A stretch of 64,000 nucleotides of DNA, taken from positions 1,897,305 to 1,961,304 of the forward strand of contig NC_057751.1 of the NCBI RefSeq assembly GCF_004010195.1. The letters are read 5' to 3'. The position numbers and the translations under genes are program-made. Positions within the stretch are counted from its first letter, which is position 1; each line of letters opens with the position of its first letter. Of the stretch, positions 37,946 to 49,225 are shown piece by piece. Under the pieces are notes generated by a model. The model saw only the letters and a list, made by a program, of their open reading frames with translations. It ran no database searches and was not told the DNA's origin. This DNA is from Chiloscyllium plagiosum. Its lineage: Eukaryota.

Positions 37946-38199
37946 TTTGGCCAAGAGGTGAGAATTCGGCCAAGGACACTGAGCATTTGTTTTCACAATC
38001 GTCTTGGGACACCGGGTAACACCGCGGAAAGGGGTAACCACAGATGAATGAGGGCTGGAGGGAGATTCGGAATTGATTCTGAGAAAATAAGGAGCAATTA
38101 AAAGGAAAGAGTTAAAAGAAACGAAAAAAACAACCCGGAGAAGGGATAGATGCAAAATGGAATAAAACATAACACCACAATAAAATTCCGTAAAATAGC

Positions 38200-39344
38200 G
38201 CCAGTGATTTGAAGAAGGGAATGGACAAAGTAATGTGCTCCAGCCATCTACAGCACACTCTCTCCAATTTCCACTCAGGGCTAATGCTGAGCTTTCTGTC
38301 TCGCACACACGTTCAGTCCGAGCCTCTTGCTTGCGTTCATTCTGACGCCAACTGCTTCTCTCGTCTTTGTTCTCCAGGTTACCCTGAGACCTCAGCCAGC
38401 TCCCCTCCCCTCCCCGACCGAAAGGAACAGTCTGGAGGAAGGAAGTGCCCCCCATTTCCCTCGAGGTCTCGCTGTATCCCGCCGACCAGGGTTCGGTGAG
38501 AACTCATCTTTCTCTCTGTACACATAGCGATTCACTGGGACAGAGGCAAAGCGGTGTTGGAAACCTGGATTTTCTCTCCTGCCCGCCCAGTCCACGAGAG
38601 TCAAGTTTTTGCTCCAGATCTCAGCTGCACAGGAGAAGGAAGGCAATGCCAGGATTTTCATGAAGTTAATTGCAACTGAGCTTCAAATAGGAGTCAGGCT
38701 CCGGTGGGAAAGAGAATCGATGCTCTCATTCTCAGCAAAGATCTATAAACCAAGTTATCATTTCCATTCCTTGTGATCACCAGAACCCCTCTTAAAGGAG
38801 ACGTCCCTGCCCAGCTGTGAGAGCTGGCGGAGAGCTGGACGAATTCAATACATCAAATTAAGAGGGGCAGCGGACCACAGTTGGCAATGAAGGCATTTTA
38901 ATTCCGCCTGGAGCTGAGCCTGGACGCAAGCCCAACAGAAATTGCAAGACTGGAGTGGCGGGAGTGTCCGCTTTAAGGGGATTGCACAGTAGGAGACACT
39001 ATTTGAGAAGGTCGTTGGAAGTGAGGAGCCGTGTGGGGAGCCGGAAGATTTAGCCGACGCTGCGAACTGGACCGATCGCTTTTGCCAGGAGTGATATTTT
39101 TTAAAAAAATCAATCTAGTCTCTCACAGTCATAGGGATAGTAACTCCTCCAATGCGAATGTTATGCGTGTTGTATGAGGAATGTGAGCTGGGAGATGGCT
39201 GCACGCTCGTTTCAATGTGGAATCCAAGGGGCATCATCAGTGGACTGAGAGACTGATGTCAGTTTCCAGTTCAGTTAAAATCCTCCTCTCACCAAGAGGT
39301 TAAACCATTCCAAAAGTCAACGCCAAATCTGCTGAGAATCTACC
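38200..39344 (+). promoter_or_regulatory. Probable promoter and 5' UTR of the GFRA gene
   Basis: Retains many CpGs, GC-box-like motifs (TGGCGGGAG, TTCCGCC) and no recognisable TE, directly upstream of the start codon; TSS not determinable. Confidence 0.6.
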
Positions 39345-39384
39345 ATGATCTGTGTAAACCTCTTCATCTTTCTGATTTTTATAG
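39345..39384 (+). CDS. gfra2-like: GDNF family receptor alpha, first coding exon (signal peptide start MICVNLFIFLIFI)
   Basis: ACC-ATG Kozak; 40 coding nt ending at AG|GTGAGT, phase 1; splices in frame to exon 2 giving MICVNLFIFLIFIDEVLRS, similar to the GFRA2 N-terminus as I recall it (MILANVFCLFFFLDETLRS). Confidence 0.88.
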
Positions 39385-42292
39385 GTGAGTGAATCGTTCC
39401 AACAATATTCTGCCTGTTGGCGAATTTAGGAGGGAGCGGAGACCAAGTGTCAGGTGCTCAGACAGAAAGTCAACTGACTGGGGGACCAGGGGAAAGTCGC
39501 TTCATGAAATGGAGTTTCAGGGACAGTGACGGGACAGAGTCGAGGGATAGCTCACTGACGAACGCGGAGATTGAGAAGGGGGGGGGGGGGGGCAGCGGAG
39601 GGGGCTGGCGGTTAGAGCAGGGCAGGATAAAATGCCAAATGATCCATCTCCATTCCGCTCTTGCGGCTGTGAGCGTCAAACCAGACGGGGTTACAAAGTC
39701 GTCCGACAGTCACTGGCTTGAAAGCGAGCGAGTGTCTGTTTCATCCAGTGCGATAGCTGGAGACAAATTATAAACGCTGTGAAGGATCTTTGTTTCTCTG
39801 CGTGAGATCTGTAAGGAATTCATTTCACCAGAAGTGCCGAGACTGAGCATTTAACCTGTTTGTGCGAGAAATTGCTGATGCTAACAACTAAAGCGGGATT
39901 ATTGCAACGATAAATACTGCAAATAGCAAATGTGGCTCTTTGGAATAAGTTGGACGATATATTTACGTGGAAGTTTGACAAACACAGGATCAGAATGAAT
40001 AGAAGGAAACACTGATTGGGCGAGAAGAAAGACAGGGTGAGAAGCGACTGCTGTGACGCATGAACACTAGAATAGAGCAGTTGGGCCGAACGGTCTGTTT
40101 CTGTGTCTAAATGATGAGAGTAAATGGAGATGTCATTGGGAGAGGTGAAGTTCATAATCACAAGGGGAGAACGGTGGAGGGAGACAATGAGACAGAAATC
40201 GGGAGCTGCACAGAGAGGGACGGTGGAGCTCAGTGTAATGTGAGCGTTAAAATATCAACCTCAACACGTCTGGATGTCCCGAGGAGGGAGGTGGAGTCAT
40301 GAAAATAAGATCCCAAAATGTGGACAGGGAGAAAGCAAGAAGACGAGCAGGAGCTGCTGGATTGAGTATTTTCAGAGCTGAGGGGAAAGTAATCTGGAGA
40401 GAAATAAGGATAAATGTAAACAAATGGACGGGAAGGTGGGGGGAACCTGCTCGTGTTGGCACAGACAGCGTTTCTGACTGCACTCACCGGCTCCCAGTGC
40501 TCCCAGACCTTCCCCGATTGCTTACCAGTGCCACTGTGGGCTGGGAATCTATCCACGGAGTCTATCGGGTACTCACCAGCTGTGATGTTATTGACAGAGA
40601 CAATGTATATCTGTGTATGACAAGAGATTAAACTCAGAGACCCCCCTCCCCCCAACACACACACATACACAAAACCCCGGCCGCTGACCAGTGAAGGTGT
40701 TTCCTTTTGCATTAATAGCACAGCAAAGTGAACATTTAGAGCGGGCGAGGCTGAATAGTTTCTCTGAATTACGGAGAGAAGGGAACTCTGGAATGTGGAG
40801 TCAGCAGTGAAGGCCATTCGGCCCACCGACCCTGCACCGACTCCTGCAATGAACATCATGACCCAGTGCCAATCTCCTGCTTTCCCCCACTGAATGAACA
40901 CAGGTACCATGTTTTGTCCGACTCCTTTAACTCCTCTACCCCAAAACTCCAGTGAAAATTAATCAATCCCAAGTGCAGGATTGAAAAGAGAATGCTACTC
41001 ATTCAATCAATTTGCTTTAATGAGACTCATCCAATGTATTCAGTCCTCTCATTCAAAGCTGTTCCCGATAATCAAGGCGGCAAACAACGTGAATTTAGAA
41101 TTGGATTTGGGTTTCATTCATGAAAACAAAAATAAATATTAAGATATTATGCTCCCCAAGTTCAAACGTTGAAACTGACAGATGAAAGAACTTGTAAAAT
41201 AAAACGAGATGACAAATATAAAAGTGAAATGCAGCTTGCTGCTCCCCTATGACTCCGAGTTGCTGCAAATCTTCCTCACTCCCTGACCCTCCGAATTGTG
41301 CCCTCCCTTCTTTACCAACCCCCGGGTTATCGCTTAGTTCCACTCCCAACGCACCCAGCCTCCGCTTCATTCTCCAGGAGTTGCGTTTCTGTTCGAGATC
41401 CAGACTCAATCCGAAACGGGAGTTCTGCTGTGGCGGGACTGTGAGTGCCGACGGTTCAGAAATGTTGGGTCTTCCACCATCTGATGCCCCCACTCGTTTC
41501 TTCCCTCTCCGTACTTGAGGGTGGGGAGAGAGTAAGAGCTAATTTGGAAGTCTTTGCAAAGAACGGATTGTGAAAGTTCGAGCATTTCTGAGACTTGCAT
41601 TTCCACGGAGTGGCTCTTGAACGGGAACGCGAGTTCAGGAGAAGCAAGTAGCGAGAGAGTAGGTTGGGGGCTGGGAGAGCCACCAAAGGCGTGGTGCAGG
41701 AAAGGAGCATAAAGCTAATCTCCAGATGCTCAACGAGAACACAGGCTCCAATATTTACCAGTGTTCAAACAAACCAAGCTGAATGGGTCCTTTTTAAAAG
41801 GGATCTTACTCCAACGGAAATCAAAGCCCGGATAGAGTGACATTTGTCTTAGCATGGGGACGCTGGTAATCAACCTGGAATTACAGTTTAGCCTCATTAT
41901 ATCTGTTATATCTGTTAAATATTTATGTTTCTGAATAGGCATAAACATCAAAGATTGATGACACATTTCATGGTTAATTTCCAGTTAGGATTGTCTTAAA
42001 GGTTCCTGTCAGTGGATTAATAACATATTACCTGGTTATATTTCCAGTTAAGGTTATATATGAAAGGCTTATGTCAATGGGTTATTAGCTCGTCAGGATG
42101 ACACAAATGCTTTCCAGTCAATGATTTCCTGACACCTGACCTGGTTATCTTGCTCGTGAAGGTTATGTGAGCAGCTCCTGCCAATGAATTAATGACATTA
42201 TCTGCGTAGATTTCTAATAGAATTGCATTCATGCTGCAGTGTCCGCTTAAAAAAAAATCTTTGCTTCCCCTGCTTCTTCCCCCATTGTGTAG

Positions 42293-42592
42293 ATGAGGTG
42301 CTGCGTTCAGCTGGGGATCCTGTCCTGCCGGGGACCTGGAGAGTGGACTGCGTTCGGGCCAATGAGTTATGTACGGCTGAACCTGGCTGCAGCAGCCGCT
42401 ACCGGACCCTACGGCAATGTCTGGCGGGGAAGGCTGCCATGCTGTTTGGTCCTGAAGCCAAAAACGAGTGCATCGCTGCCATGGTGGCACTACAACAAAG
42501 CCCACTCTTCGACTGCCAATGCAAACGAGCAATGAAGAAAGAGAAACAGTGCCTGGCCATCTACTGGAGTATCCATCACAGTTTCCAGCAAG
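42293..42592 (+). CDS. gfra2-like: GDNF family receptor alpha, exon 2 (cysteine-rich domain 1); paralog identity uncertain
   Basis: Polypyrimidine tract plus TAG acceptor, AG|GTAAAC donor, 300 nt, phase 1-1; DCVRANELC...CSSRYRTLRQCLAG...EC...SPLFDCQCKRAMKKEKQCLAIYWSIH with 8 Cys in GFRA D1 spacing. Confidence 0.95.
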
Positions 42593-42975
42593 GTAAACCA
42601 TTCACTGTCATCAGAGCAAAAAATAATTCGGCAAAAGTGAGTTCACCATTCAATCCTGGCCCTCTGAAAAAAATCATTCATAAACTTGTAGACGTCAGGA
42701 CCACAGACTAGAATTTATAGATTGGTGGAATGAGCAGACATTTAACAGATGAGATTTTATGCAGAACATTGTTGTAATCTATTTTGTAAAGGACCTGGGG
42801 AGATGAGAAAATGAAAGGTACAATTCTGAAAGTGGGTATGAGTGCAGAGGGACCTGGGTGCATCCGTTATTGAAGGTGGTGAGCCTGTTAAGGGATCCCT
42901 GAACAACGTATCTGGCATCCTGTTTATAATGGCATCAAGTATAACGAAAGGGACTTTTGTTGAACTTGTACATAC

Positions 42976-43600
42976 TGTGATGATGATGCTCCCTTAACAG
43001 GGTTATGTTGCCCTTGCTTTTTTTTTCAGAGGGTTTGTAAACATAGACTGTAGAGGTCCAGCTTTGAAGGGTTGAGAGCCAGTTTAATTATGGCGAACAT
43101 ATACTGCGTCACGCAAAAAGCTTTCAAGTTTTAAAAAAAAGTACAATGAACATGGGGTGGCCAGTTCTCCAAACTCAGCATTCTCCGATTTGATTTTAGC
43201 AGCCAGTCAGTTGTCAAAGCTGCTGGACCCAAGGAGGCAGGTCCATGCTGGTCCTCCCTCTCTCTGGCATTCTTCCTATAAGGACCCTGTGTTTGATTTT
43301 ATCTTTTGTGCCAAGGGGTGTTTGTGGGGATTGTCACAAGTATTTGGAACAGCATCATTAAATTGGGAGGATCTGTCGTATTTTCTGATAGGTTAAGCTA
43401 GTATTTATTCTGTTCTCTTTTACTTGTGTTTCATTTAGTAATCTTGCAAAATAAATTCTGTTTTGTTTGAAAGCGAGTGGTTGGGCCAGTGAAATCACTC
43501 CTGGAATCTCCACTCTCCACTTGCTTAACACAACTAGAAAAGTTAGGGTCTCGGCTACTTTTTTGAAATGTTTTGAGGGGAACTGGCCTGATCCATAACA
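42976..43600 (+). mobile_element. Solo LTR (625 bp)
   Basis: TGTGATG...CATAACA inverted termini; AATAAA near 43450; interrupts a CR1; ACATAC present at both junctions. Confidence 0.7.
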
Positions 43601-43726
43601 TACAGAACACTAGTTGGCATCCCATTCTGGGCACCAGACTTTAAGAAATGTATGAAGACATTCAGTGGGTTGCAGGGAAGATTTATCAAAATCATTTCAG
43701 GGATGAGGGACTTCAATCATGAGGTT

Positions 43727-43857
43727 AAAAATCACACAACACCAGGTTAGAGTCCAACAGGTTTAATTGGAAGCACACTAGCTTTAGGAGCGACGCTCCT
43801 CCACCACCTGATTTTTAACTTTGTACACCCCAGTCCAATACCGGCATCTCCAAATCA
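43727..43857. mobile_element. Collapsed Penelope-like terminal remnant (another family)
   Basis: Minus strand AGGAGC(GUC)GCUCC-UAAAGCUA-GUG resembles hammerhead stem II/III with the core deleted. Confidence 0.5.
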
Positions 43858-44509
43858 TTACTTCAAACATGAGGATATGTTTGAGAGATTGCGGCTGCTA
43901 TCCTTTGAGAAGGCTGAAAAAAAGATTCATTGGCGAATTTCAAAATAATGAGGGTCTGAACAGAGCAGGAGGGGAAAATGTTCCAAGCAGGAAAAAAATT
44001 GAGAACAAAAGAGAATTTTAAGGTAATTGATAAAAGAAACAATAGCAACAGGAGGAATAATTTCATGCAACAAGCTCTTAGGAATGTGGGCGCAATCCTG
44101 AAAATTTGTTGGAGGCAGGCATTCAAGAGAATTAAATTGTTTTCTGAAAGGGAATGGTTTACAGGGTTGAGGTGAGAAGGTGGCAGAATGGCACAATGTG
44201 AATAGCTCATAAGGAGATCTGTCACAGACATTGTGAGTTGAATGATCTCCTTCTGTCCTGCAATTAATCAACGACAATAAAGTTAAGAGTTATCAAGTCT
44301 GGATAGAGCTGTCCACTGCATAGTAAACTGTCTCTAGCCACCATTAACTAAAATGTCTCCCCATCACTGGGAATGGTTGTGAAATGATAATATTGTTGGA
44401 CAGTAATCCATAGGTCAGGACTCATATTCCAGACTTTAAATCCATCTATGCTGAGGAGCATTTAAAGTAAATTAATTAATAAATCTGGAATAAAGTTCTA
44501 ATTTCATTC

Positions 44510-45621
44510 AAAAAGTCAGGAAGTATGGGAAACAGGGAGATTTGGCGATCTGGATTCAGAATTGGCTGGCTTACGAAAGGCAGAGAATGGTTGTAGATGG
44601 AAAGTATTCTGCTCGGAGGACAGTGTCGAGTGGGGTACTGCAGAGCTCTGTTCTTGGGCCTCTGCCTTTGTGGTTTTTATAAATGAGCTGGATCAGGAGG
44701 TTGAGGGATTGATTAGTAAGTTTGCCAATGACACAAAGATTGGAGGTGTCGTCGATAGTATAGAAGGCTACAGCAGACTGCAGGGCGACATAGACAGGAT
44801 GCAGAGCTGGGCTGAGAAATGGCAGATGGTGTTCAACCTGGATAAATGCGAAGTGATGCATTTTGGAAGATCAAACTCGAATGCTGAATATAAGATTAAA
44901 GACAGGATTCTTGGCAGTGTGGAGGAACAGAGGGATCTTGGTGTGCAAGTACATAGATCCCTCAAAGTTGCCACCCAAGTGGATAGGATTGTGAAGAAAG
45001 CATATGGTGTTTTGGCTTTCATTAACAGGGGGATTGAGTTTAAGAGCCACGAGGTTTTGCTGCAGCTCTACAAGTCCCTGGTGAGACCACACTTGGAATA
45101 TTTTGTCCAGTTCTGGTCGCCCTACTACAGGAAAGATACAGAGGGTGCAAAGAAGGTTTACCAGAATGCTGCATGGACTGGAGGGATTGTCTTATGATGA
45201 AAGGTTGAATAAGTTTGGGCGTTTCTCTTTGGAGAGAAGGAGGAAGAGAGGAGACCTGATCGAAGTGTACAAAATAATGAGAGGATAGATAGAGTCAATA
45301 GCCAGAGACTTTTCCCCAGGGCAGGATTGACTAGTATGAGAAGTCATAGTTTGAAAATATTAGGAGGAAGGTATAAAGGAGACGTCAGAGGTAGGTTCTT
45401 TACGCAGAGAGTTGTGAATGCATGGAATGCGTTGCCAGCTGTGGTGGTGGAAGCAGAGTCATTGGGGACATTTAAGCGACTGCTGGACATGCACATGGAT
45501 AGCAGTGAGTTGAGGGGTGTGTAGGTTAAGTTACTATGTTTAACATTAGGAATAAATCTCGGCACAACATCGTGGGACAAAGGGTCTGTTCTGTGCTGTA
45601 CATTTCTATGATCTATCTATG
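44510..45621 (+). mobile_element. 5'-truncated CR1/HER1 LINE with 7-bp TSD
   Basis: RT C-terminal ORFs 44562-45524; TSD TTCATTC at 44503-44509 and 45622-45628. Confidence 0.95.
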
Positions 45622-45794
45622 TTCATTCCTGATGACCACAGAACTCTTGGACTGTTACAGAAACCCTTATGATTCACTAATGTCCTTGATGAAGGTAATC
45701 TGCTGTCCTCACCATGTTTAGTCTGCTATGCAACTTTAGATGCACAGTGATGTGGTTGATTTGTAACTGCTTTCTGAAATTGTCTAACTTAGTT

Positions 45795-46104
45795 AGGGCG
45801 GCACGGTGGCACTGCTGCCTCACAGCGCCTGTAGACCCGGGTTCAATTCCCGACTCAGGCGACTGACTGTGTGGAGTTTGCACATTCTCCCCGTGTCTGC
45901 GTGGGTTTCCTCCGGGTGCTCCGGTTTCCTCCCACAGTCCAAAGATGTGCGGGTCAGGTGAATTGGCCATGCTAAATTGCCCGTAGTGTTAGGTTAAAGG
46001 GGTGGATGTAGGGGTATGGGTGGGTTGCGCTTCGGCGGGTCGGTGTGGACTTGTTGGGCCGAAGGGCCTGTTTCCACACTGTAAGTAATCTAATCTAATC
46101 TAAT
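45795..46104 (+). mobile_element. HE1-type SINE with 7-bp TSD
   Basis: tRNA-like head (part of A box missing), CpG-rich body, (AATCT)n tail; TSD CTTAGTT at 45788-45794 and 46105-46111. Confidence 0.93.
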
Positions 46105-47470
46105 CTTAGTTGTGGGTGGTTCACCAACACTTGCTCAAGAGGTCAATTAGGGAGGGGCAATAAATGCCTCACATAGTTAGAACAAATAAAGGTTTTCCCC
46201 TGTCTATTTTCTTTTTCCAATTGACAGTATTTAAAAAAAAACAACTGGAGTGTGCAGTTAAACACAGTCTTTGTACTGTCCAGCATTGAACCTAATTATT
46301 AGTTCCATAGTCTGACAGTGACACAGTTAAAAATAGACATTGGCAGATTGCCTTTTGTGTACTCCAAGTCATCTTTAATGCAAAATACTCTGCTGCATTC
46401 TGTTAATTGAAGGAACTAAGTTTTGCAGGAATCTTCATTTTAATTAAAATTGCAAAATGAGACTGATTTAAATTAATGATCATTAATAGTTGATGATCAA
46501 AATGTACGTTGTTGAGCTTCATACAAAAGGGTCAAAAAATCTCTCAAAGAATTAATGCGCTTGATGTATTGTTGCAGTCATTTGAACAGGAGATTTATGG
46601 GACGAGGCCAAGGGTAGAGACTTGGTATAATCTACTTCAGTTCTGGATACTGATCTTGTCTCTTTCACCTCTAATTTTGTGATTCAATTATATACAGTAG
46701 TGTAGATTGACTGGATGTGGTTGAGACACTGCCCTATTCAGTACTTTACTAAAGCTAAGCAGTCTCAGAAGGGATTTACCACAATGTAGCTTTAAAATAT
46801 TAATTTTAATGACCTCCAGATGACCTTCTTGAGCAGCTTGTATTATTTAGATTCTCACAAGGTTCATTTGAGCTGCTGCCTTCTAAAGAAACCAGGAGGT
46901 TTGCAAGAAAATGGCACAACTAGGGAAGGAACTCTAAGCAGGTATGCAAACACCCACTCAAAATACTTCAGAGTTCATGGAAAACTTGGATTCAGACTGT
47001 ACAAGGTAATAAACATTGAGCTCGGTCTCTTTCATAATTTGTTCAACTCAATTAAAAGAGCCAGTATACTGGAAGGATGTTGGACCCTGTACTGAGCATG
47101 AGTTGAAGGCAAGATGGCTATTATCCTTCTGCTGTAACTGTTTCTCTTCTAACCTAATTGAAGGGTGCATTACCAAAAGCTGCCCAGTGCTACAGATCCC
47201 GCAAAGCTTCTCGTCATCATGCAATGCTCAGATGTTCCGAACCATGATTTTACAAGCTAATTTGACACCACATAAGTTTCATGATCTTCTTTCAAAATGG
47301 AGTTAAATTGAAATCCTTAGGAGTTGTTCACTTTATTCTTTCTGAGTTCTGAAACATCAAGACTTTCGCTTTATTTCACAAAGTGCTGAGAGTCTTTAGT
47401 GATCTCCTAATAGGAACTGGAAGTTCTGTGGAATTATCTTTCAGTTTTAACTGTCTGTGTTGATATGAAT

Positions 47471-47770
47471 TGGGGTGGCATGGTGGCCCAGTGGTTAGCA
47501 TTTCCACCTCGCAGAAACAGGGACCCAGGTTCAATGCCAGCCTCGGGCAACTGCCTGTGTGGAATTTGTCTGTGTAGGTTTCCTTTGGGTGCTCCAGTTT
47601 CCTCCCACAATCCAAAGATGTGCAGGTCAAGTGGATTGGCCATGCTAACTTGCTCATAGTGTCCACAGACTGCAAGCTAAGTGTGTTAACCACGGGAATT
47701 GCAGGATAGTAGGATGAGATGCTCTTTGGAGGGTCCGAATGGACCAATGGGTGAAAAGCCTGCTCCCTCT
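47471..47770 (+). mobile_element. HE1-type SINE, older
   Basis: GGGGTGGCATGGTGGCCCAGTGGTTAGCA head; CTCCCACAATCCAAAGATGTGCAGG core. Confidence 0.85.
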
Positions 47771-47834
47771 CTGAGCTGGCTGAGAGGATGCGCAAGGATC
47801 TCAGGTTTTTGGATTTGAGCAAATTAAAAAAAAA

Positions 47835-48195
47835 ACATTCTTTCAGGGAACATGGGCACTGCTGGAAAATCCACATTTGTTGCCGACTCCTAATTACTGT
47901 TGACTGATTGGTTTGCTGGACCATTTCTGAGGCAGTTAAAAGTCAATCACATTTCTGAAGATCTAGAATTGCATGTAGGCCAGTTCCGGTAAGGAAAGCA
48001 GATTTCCCTCCCTGAAGAACATCACTGAACTATCAATGATGGTTTCACAATCACCATTGCTGCATACTACATTCTCATCCCAGGTTTACTGATTTTAAGT
48101 TTCACTTGTTGCTGTTTTAAGATTTAAATTCATGTTCCTTGAGTTAGGTTGGACTTCTGAATGACTGGACCAGTGAAATGAGATTTACTCACCAT
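47835..48195 (-). mobile_element. Old SINE
   Basis: Reverse complement of the 23270-23625 family. Confidence 0.55.
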
Positions 48196-48964
48196 TTCTC
48201 CTAACTGCTGCACTGATCCATCTTTTCTCAATAAAATTCCCAGTTTGGAGGAAGGAGGCCTAGTGTGTGACTGTGTCACAGAATAATGATATCAGAGATC
48301 TTTATTACTCATTGCAGCCACAAAACATTTTCAAATACCATCCTGGAACAGGGGGGGGCTGCAGACCATGTGCAGTTGCCAAATATGGATCAGGAAGTTC
48401 GAGCTGACCTAGCTTGAGCCCCCTTGAGTTAGCTCATCTATCCTGTACAGATTTTTGAACATCTCACTCTGTGTTTAAAAATATTAAACACTAAGCACTG
48501 CTCAAGACTTTGAAGTCAATCTGACTTGCTACTTAACCCAGCACCTCCCTCAAATTGCATCACTCTTTCAAAAAGCTCTCAAGTATTCTTGTCTTCTTGG
48601 GAAATTGATTACCGTAATCCCTGCTCTCTGTTTTAAAGGAAAGCATTAAGAAGAAGTTGGAAATGCATAAACCTGAGGTCTTTTCCACAATATATTTTTG
48701 AAAAATACTCTAGGATATTTTGAAACCAATTGGCTTCTGCGGAACAAGGCTCGTAATTGTCACATGCAACAAAAATGCATATTTCCATTCAAAAGTCATC
48801 AATGGAAAGAACACAGCATTTGGACACTGCTTGAAGCTTGCTGTTTGGTTAATGACACCAATTTCCTCAGAGTATTGTCAAATTCAAGATCTTAGAAGGT
48901 TTTGCCTTGACAAACAAATAAGTGGAATTCCAAATTAAAAGTCAGAAAATGTTGATATTGTACA

Positions 48965-49225
48965 GTGAGTTAGTTAGCTCAGTTGGTTGGCTGTGGTGCA
49001 GGGTAATGCCATCAGCTTGGGTTCAATTCCGATACCAGCTGAGTTTATCATGATGGTCCCACCTCTTCCCTTCCCTGAGGCCTGGAGAGCCTGAGATTAA
49101 ACAGCTTGATAACTTTTCTCTGAGTTTACACCCAGACGAATCAAGGGCAATGTGCAACCAGCCATGTCTCTCTCTCTGCAATGACAGAGCAGCTCTCTGG
49201 TCCATGAGGAATGTACTACTTTAGC
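48965..49225 (+). mobile_element. tRNA-derived SINE carrying a 57-bp foreign insert
   Basis: A and B boxes; colinear with the reverse complement of 24205-24410 except for 49100-49156. Confidence 0.7.

Larger units (their letters stand above)
42700..44270 (+). mobile_element. Old CR1 3' portion, interrupted by an LTR and a PLE remnant
   Basis: VQRDLG remnant at 42842; TTGAACTTGTA resumes as ACACTAGTT after 43600; NNFMQQALRNV and 3' tail. Confidence 0.65.
44370..46170 (+). mobile_element. Old SINE hosting two younger insertions
   Basis: Pieces 44370-44509, 45622-45794 and 46105-46170 join into the family seen at 23270-23625. Confidence 0.7.

Noticed and set aside
37892..38455. 187-aa minus-strand ORF (also 40230-40910, 226 aa)
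   Set aside because: No recognisable domain or splice structure; compositional ORFs in the GC-richer promoter and intron
42074..42601. 175-aa antisense ORF over exon 2
   Set aside because: Shadow of the GC-rich coding exon
42223..42711. 162-aa ORF as a single-exon gene
   Set aside because: Homology is limited to 42293-42592, bounded by canonical splice sites; the start is a non-ATG codon in intron sequence
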